A stretch of 64,000 nt of DNA, from assembly GCA_964019425.1 (NCBI GenBank), contig OZ025799.1, forward strand, positions 806,001 to 870,000, in the 5' to 3' direction. The notes beneath the pieces are model-generated. The model did no database searches. It was not told where the DNA came from and saw only the letters and a program-made list of their open reading frames with translations. A program made the translations under genes and the position numbers. The stretch is from Flectonema sp. DT1601 (taxonomy: Eukaryota). The first letter of the stretch is position 1. Each line of letters begins with the position of its first letter. Below, one piece after another: positions 56,301-64,000 of this stretch.

Positions 56301-59300
56301 CTGTCACAGCCGCTCGTATTCTTTCCATTAAACTTTGATCACCTGTCGGTTGTTGTTCGATTTCTAAATTATTATCTCTGGGAGACTCAATATCAGGCAC
56401 AGCTGATAACAACGCCTCTCGTTCTGCTTCAACTTCTTGCTTTGCGACTTCCCATTCATCAATCTTAGCCACTGATTCAGGTTTCGTCCAAGTCGACTCA
56501 CCAGTGGTTCGGCTTTTCCAATACATTCTTCCGTAGCGTTTGCTGGTTTTTTGTACCCATTCGGTTTCGTCGCCGGGGGGATTTTCTTTCAACTCTTTTA
56601 TTTTAAGGTCGTATTCTTGTAGACGTTGTTGAGTTTCTGGATGATATAACACAGATTCAATGTTCTTTTTTAGTTCATTCTTTTCAGCCTCAGTTCCAGA
56701 CTTTAAAACTTCAATAGCAGCGTCTGTTTCCTCCGCAGCAAGTTTATCAGCTCTTTCTTGCATTTCTTTAACTCGTTTGTATTCGTTGATACGAACAGTT
56801 TTTTGATTTTGAGAAACTTCATCGTGATCACCCCAACCATCTTGCATTCTGTTAGCGTTGTAGACATTCTTATCTGTGATGTACTCATCGTCTTGTTCTA
56901 CATAATCATCTTGTTCATCATCGGGTTTCTTTGATGGAGACTCTCGTATAGAATCTGAAGGTGATGCTAGCTTAGCCCTATCTCTCAATTTCCCAAAACT
57001 CGGAACTGGTTTCCCCGTTTGTATCGCAAACATTTGGGCTATCTGTTCTTCTTCATCTTCTGCATCAAGACCGATTGAGTATCTACGTGATCGGGTATTC
57101 TTTAATGTATGCATCGTCTTCTTCTTCATCAAGTATGATTTAAATGCGATTACCAAAGCAATAAATCCAGGTAGAACAAAAACGAATAGAGGAACAATCA
57201 TCCACATCTGAAATAATTGGTATTGATTCCAGCCCATAGCACAGCCGAATCCTCCTGGGTTTGGACCGCTTGATGCTTCTTGAATCTCAAGTACTTCGTT
57301 GAGTAACGCTTTAATCCGAGTTTGAAATTCTTTCATCAAAGTAGCAGTTTGCAAATAGTTCATTAGAATTTTAAATATTATCGATAATCTTGATTTTTGT
57401 TTACCTCCGCTGTCCAAATTACTTTTTACCATAATCGTGATGACAACAAGCGTTGCTAACGTCATCCCAGTTATAATTAAAATGCTGACTATCAACTCAG
57501 GACAAGCAGTGCACGTATCTCCAGTGCGTCCCCAGTTAGGTCTACAAACAGCACATAAAGGTCCCATTGTTCCATTTTGGCATAGGGCGTCTCCAGCTAG
57601 TCTGCGATCTGCTCGATCACAATTTGCGGCTTTACAGGCATAGAATTGAATGCTGTTTTCTGAATGTCTCCAGAATCCGGTTTTTGCTTGAATAAAAACA
57701 GTACCATCACATACACCTCCAGCAGGACAAGGCAAACAGTGAGTCGAAAAATTTAGTGCAAAGTACGTCAACCCACCAACAGGTGGACATGTCACTCTGG
57801 TTAAGTTATGTGATACTGATAATAGGTATGCCGCATAGTGAGGTTGTCGAAGTGTGTATGTTAATTTATAAATAACTCCGTGCCATACATCAGATACAAT
57901 CAACCCTTTAAAGTCAGCAGCAGCAGCAACAGTTATAGCTGCTTGAACTACTGATAACTGACTGTTACCACCATCGTGAAAAGGTGGATCAAAAGGTGAA
58001 TCAGATATTCGATTTGATGATATTTTTGAGTAAAGGGGTTTGCCTCCCAAATCTTGAGGAAGGAATGAAAAGTGTGGCAACCAACAAAGACCGGTTCCAA
58101 CACAAGCTACTTCACCAGGTGCACATGTAGCAACACAATTTGATGAACCATCCGTAAGTAGAGTAGTCTTCTCACCTGGAGAACTCGGTACTCCAGTTGC
58201 GATGATCTGATCACCACGAGTTGGTTCACGATAGACTTTAGTCTCCCATCTATCAGTGACAGGTATCTGAGAAACGAATCTTCTCTCTCTCCCTGAGAGT
58301 CCCATTAATTCATAAGCTTCAAGTGTAATCCCAACTTCAATAGTTTCAGGTAGATCATCTCTAGCTAAAGGATTACCTGAGATATCTTTTATTTCTAAAA
58401 CTGGTGCTGGAGCTAATGGTGTCTTCCCATCACTAGTCGTAGGTGGAGATGTTGAAAACCCAAATGAATAAGGAACATTTACTCCAACCTTCAGACGAAT
58501 TGCTCCCGACTGAATCACATTACCATTTTTATTTTTAACATTGGTCGTAAAGTTTAATGTGTAAGTTCCAGTTACAGGATATGTAATTGAAAAGTCTTGA
58601 ATTCTGAGAATACCAGACTCAGTCCAGGCTTTGATAGTTCCATTAAGAGGAGAACCAGTACAGTTAAATCCACGAATCTCATCGCACTGTTTCATAACGA
58701 GGTGATCACCTACTCTGTGAACAGATCTTGATTCAGTCTTTGGTGGAAACATTACAAGTTCGATGTCAACTTCGGTAGCATGGTTGGGATCAAATCCGTG
58801 TTCTTCATAGAGATCACCTCCTCCAGAATCTTTCAAAACGATAAGCATCTCACCAATATGAATTAATGGACTAGTTTTAAAACATCTTTTCGGAATAGTA
58901 GACATATCCCCAGCATCATACGGACAGGGTAATGAATCATCGTTGTCTAAAGCTGTATAATTACTAAACGGACATAGTGCTGGACTAGCACAGCCTACTA
59001 CAATACCTAAGAACGACGGAACAGGGCTTTTCATTTGAAATGGAATAGGTGTGCTGGCAAAATCCACATTTGCTTCATCGAATAACTGCAAACCAAAAGA
59101 ACCACTTCCGATAGCAAGTGGGCTAACATCTCTTCTATTGATGCTGCTCTGTGAAGAGATCTGTCTCTCAGCTGTTACTGATGGTAAAGTCAACACAGCT
59201 GTACAGGTATCTCTGTAAGTGACAGATAAAGAATTACCCCCAAGAAGAACTTTTAGTCTTCTTTTCGGTTGAAAGTCCCATCCTGTTAGTGTTACTTGAG

Positions 59301-62300
59301 CTCCCCCAGATAAGAATCCCCAACTAGGTGATATGTGACACAGAGATTGCAAACATGGACAGTGAACAGCACGTATTGGGTCTGTTTGTTGTTGTCGTTG
59401 TTATTTAATACGCTGTAACGAATAATAACATTAGTAAGGTTTTACATACCAGTCTTCAACACAGGCAGAAGTGGAGCTCCAACAGAAAATTGTATTTCAT
59501 ACTTCATAATAGGAGAACCTCTAAAGTATAAATCCTGAAACATAGCAACGCCATTAATAACTCGTTCATTGTCACCTTTAACACGAGTGCATTGTGATTC
59601 CCAGACTGTTTTGGTTACAGAAGAAGGACGAGTACCATGACAGTATGGGCCATAGGTTGGTGCGTAGATAGAAACTCCAAGTGCTACTTGAGCGTCTAGA
59701 AAAGAACCTGCGAGACACCCACCCGGAGGTGTTGTTGTTGAGCTATCGAAGTCGAAACTGTCTTGAGATTGAAGTGGACCTTTGACACAAATCGGTACTA
59801 CTACTGCTCTGATAACTGGAGTGTTTTTAAATACTGTCACCGTATTGTCAGATATATCGACTATTCTTATAACTGGTTGAATATCAAGTTTTCTTCTACT
59901 TGTCGTAAATGAACTATAATACTCCGTACTACTACTGCCATCTCGGATAAAGAATTTCATTTGCATAGGATTACCTGCTGTGATTGTTATCTTAAAAGTA
60001 CTTCTGAACACGAAGAATGAACTTGGTTTTGGATCGTGCATTAGTAGACATGGTGATGATGTTGGAATGCATTCATCAGAAGCAGGTAAACTAATATAAT
60101 CCGAACCCCATTCAGAGTTTCCATCACCAGCTGTCTCCGATAGAGATATCGTCTCATCCAATCTCATCAAAGTAGAAGACAACGACTCTGAATAACTTTC
60201 TGATTCAGTCAATGAATACGTCGGCGTCACAGACACTGTTGGAGAACCAGAATGTGAAATCGTAAACGTCGGTATCGATAAAGATTTTGATACTGTTTTA
60301 CTGACATATAAAACAGGTAATGAAATACTATTTGTATAAGTGTGACACTTCGCCTTGGCAGAATTCCAACCAGAAGACGATACTGCCACACAACTACCCG
60401 TAAAGAGTAAGCATACTGACTCTCTATTATGATAGCTTATTAAATACGTATTTGAAATATCTTCTGACTGGATATCATAGGAATATTGTAGACACTTCGT
60501 GTATGATGAAATTGTTATGTTTTGTTGCATCACACAGCTGCTATCAACTTCGTAAATCATATCAAAGAATTCTTGACAGTCTGGTGAGACTAGTGGTGTA
60601 ATCGATTTTATTTTTTCAAAAGTTTCAGTTACTTCATTCCGTCGTTGGAATTGACAAACATACTGATCAGTCTTACATGATGATAATACCTTACGACACT
60701 GTGAATCTTTCCAAATGCATGGAGAACTGTGAAATCCATTGACACAAGCCTGTTCAGTCTGACAATTACAATCCGCAGCACAACTAATACCTGTGGGTAC
60801 TACATCACAGATTGTTATAACTGAACAATTAAGAGGATAATTACAATTATCAATGACTGTCGGTGTTTCTGTTGACGTCGGGATTGGTTTGTATGAAACA
60901 GTTTGCGACTGAGTTCGGGTATTTAAGTAATGAAACTGCGCTTTATCATCGTACTCTAATTCTACGTTATCAGTGTCAGTTGGAAGTGGATCTGTTGACC
61001 TGGTAGTTACTAATATGCTGTATGTTTCTTTTTTTGGTAATTTTGCTTGTAATCCAGATATCGTTAAAGTAGAGTTCGCAGTTACGAATGACAGTACGGT
61101 TGCAGTTAACGGAAGACGCGTTTTCAAGAAAACAACTCGATTTTCTGTATCCCATGTCCGAAGCCAAGACCCAGCACCATCTCTGAGATGAATAGTTATA
61201 GGGTCGAGTACAACTAAACCAGCACTTGGATATTCATACAAAGAAGACACTGCAGTCAACGACTCAATCACATCTGTGTATGTATAGTTTATATTCAGAG
61301 CACTATAGGCACCAGTCTCAGCCATATTTGCACTGTACGCAATTTCTAACGCGTCTGACCTGGGACCCTTCTTAGCACGTAAAGGACATAACATAGTACA
61401 AGTATCGATGAATTTAGCTTTTATTTTGGGATCGGAACCGTATTTACAAAACATATTTTCTTTTTCACTTTCTCGGAAACCCCAACCCTTGATAGTAACA
61501 AGTTGTGATCCCAGTTGACCGTTATCAGGAATGTGTTGGTAGATCGCAGCATTGCTTGAAGAATGACACACAGCAATGTTTACAGAAACAGAATCAATTG
61601 GATTCGGTATTCCCATGGCACGAAATCGAAGAGTGTAATTATAACCTTCAGCTGCTTCGAATATTCGAAGCGTTTTAAATGTAATGACACCAGCCTTGAA
61701 TTCAACATCGCTATTAAGATGACCCCCCAAGTACGGAGGTGATAGTTCAGTACTTCCAGGCATGGCTACATAAACTACACAATCGACTTGACAAGGCGGA
61801 GGTATCGTTTTTATAATTCTTCTCAGGGTTTGTTTATTATCTAACAACACCTCAACAGAAATCTTTCCAGATGCTGTTGTTACAATATTTTCTGAGACGT
61901 CACTGAATTTAATAACAGGTTGTGAAGTAAGTTGTTCTTTATTACTCGAGAAATACGTTGGGGGTGTTATAAAAGACAACCTGGTAGCGACAGCTGTAAT
62001 TGAAAAATCAAACGTAGCACTTTGCAATGCCTCAGTGGCATTCATCTGTTTCTCTGTAAGGATCCTATCATCAGCAGCTGTATAACTCATTCCTAATGTG
62101 TATTTTCCAGCTCCAGGATATTGAATGTAAATATCGTTAAATGTCACTTCTCCGTTTTCGATGGGTTGGCTGAGAGTGCCTTGAAGTCCATCGTACTTTG
62201 ATCCGAGTGGACTGTTTGTCCATTTTATTATATTCAAAGTAACATTACCTCCTCTCACTAAGTCATCTCTGATTCCAATTGGACTGCCTGCTTCATCATA

Positions 62301-64000
62301 AAACTTAACGGTGATGTCATTTAGAGTAGTTATAACATCGGATACTTCTGAGTATAAGTCTGTTGATGATTGAGGAATCCAGTCAGGACATGTTCCAGTT
62401 TTACAGGATTTTATGACGTGTCTCATTGACTTTGGTAATCCCAATATATAATAAACTACGTTAGATTGGCTAAACTTTTGTCCATCCATTGAAACTTCTA
62501 CTGTCGTTTGTATTGGTTTTGGTACTACTGGTTGTTCACATTTCATTGAGCTACTGCTAAGCCAAGTTCCACGAGTAATGATCCCACCTATGGTACACTT
62601 GACATATGCAGAGTTAAGAAACCCTGTACCATGAACAGTAATAATCTCAGATTGAATAAAGAATCCCCTATCCGGAACTACTCTGGTTACAATAGGAAGA
62701 TCAATATGTCTGACCATGATTCCATTAGCAGTGAATCTGTTAGTACTACCAAATGATATTTCCAGAGGGACGTTGCGACAGCTGTCATAATTTGGTACCT
62801 TTGGAGCAACACACATCACTGTCGTGTCATTCACTAAAGTAACCTGCCTGCTTCCACTAACAATGTGGGTGCCAAACTTACAATGTGGTTCAGAATTTGG
62901 GAATCCCTTACCACGAACTAATACAATTGTTCCTCCAGTGCCGTCAACAACATTTGGATTTATAGATTCCAAATCGTAAAGGTTTAATAACAATACTTGA
63001 AGTCTTGGTAGTTTTAATACCACATATAAAACACGTGAATATTTGTGAACCGTTGCTGCAACAGCTACTTGATATGATGTGATTACATTCTCATAGTTTC
63101 CTTGATAAGTAGGAGGTTGTTGAGATAAATCTATTGATGAGATTTTTCTAATAGCTGACGGTGTTTGTGATCTCAATCCTAAATACAAATGCTCAAGTCT
63201 ATCAGTCGCAGCATCACTTCCAATAATCGGATCATTAATATCTGGTTGATCGAAAACCATGAATCCAATACCATTTTCCTTACCTAACCACTGCTCATCT
63301 TCGATTATTTTATATGCGAATTTACTCGTTTCCTTTACAGCTGTTATAAACACTCTTCCGCATACAACACCTCTCGAGTCTTCAGCTTTATTATGTGTTT
63401 GAATTGCTACATAAAGCCAGTTATCCCTAACTAACATTTGTGTTATCTTTTCACATGGAACTCGACCACAGAACCCAGGAGTAAAACTAAAAACTTCTCT
63501 GATAGTAAACTGAGCTGTGGGTGATGGGTTTAGAACGTGAGCTGTCGGTAGGAATATCTTCGTTAATCGCACACGATAATTAAGAGTACCAGCGACCATC
63601 ACATACGGGAATTGTTTATTCGCATCAATAAAAATCATTCGATGAATGGTATCAAATGTAAATAAAGGAATCGTAGTCGTGAATTCATGAGACACAAATC
63701 TCGTCCAATCCGTCATATTTACACAACTGGCTGTGACAGTTTCCGTACATGTTGCTGACAAGTGATTCGCCGTATCATAAATGGCAGGTATTTTGGTTAA
63801 ATAAAACTTAGCAAGCGTCTCATCAGTTGATAGGTATTCTTTAATAATTACATAGATAGCCTTGTGATAAGAGTCTACAACTATTTCTTCTAAACGTTGA
63901 ATCATGGTCGTATCATCACTTCCAGTGAAATCAGTGATCGCTCTTGAGCTAACGCTACCAACACCACTACTGGTACATTGAGTTGCAAGAGCTGTTTCTG
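53375..64000 (-). CDS. Giant (>3,400 aa, 5'-partial) multi-pass membrane protein: IPT/TIG repeats, Cys-rich juxtamembrane region, TM bundle with cytoplasmic WW, B-box-like and EF-hand motifs; introns 59382-59449, 54384-54459, 54210-54285
   Basis: Three track ORFs plus a 98-nt exon join in frame through GT-AG introns (…LKTD-PIRAVHCPC…; …GGV-LLFAY…GFLYSGYRLNR-YYWEMVVMFRK). The frame is open up to 64000. TIG-like motifs include 'GGTIVLVRGKGF', 'ITVHGTGF', 'VTIKGWGF' and 'GGAQVTLTGWDF'. Confidence 0.85.

Overview
Eukaryotic genomic DNA, most likely a euglenozoan (diplonemid-like). RPL13 carries the kinetoplastid-type 'KHWNPxSSQKG' insert, genes have sparse short GT-AG introns, and all 17 credible genes lie on the minus strand. 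Left part (1-13.5 kb): importin-9-like gene (partial), two RPL13 copies encoding identical proteins, a small spliced ORF, a HAD(SAK)-R3H protein, a PP4R3/SMEK-like protein, an acylated WD40 protein and a coiled-coil protein. 14-17 kb: two related non-autonomous Mutator-like TIR elements. 17.4-52 kb: a tandem array of seven ~858-aa membrane receptors (TM - extracellular sensor - TM - HAMP - class III nucleotide-cyclase-like domain). Their cyclase domain has lost most catalytic residues, and their extracellular region is a patchwork of hypervariable patches between invariant blocks. The spacers are shuffled modules containing a foldback MITE, a defective pogo-like transposon and triplicated 3'-UTR modules. 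Right part: a small membrane protein and a >3,400-aa spliced multi-pass membrane protein with IPT/TIG, Cys-rich, WW, B-box-like and EF-hand motifs, running off the window. All family calls come from motif recognition by eye; no database searches were run.
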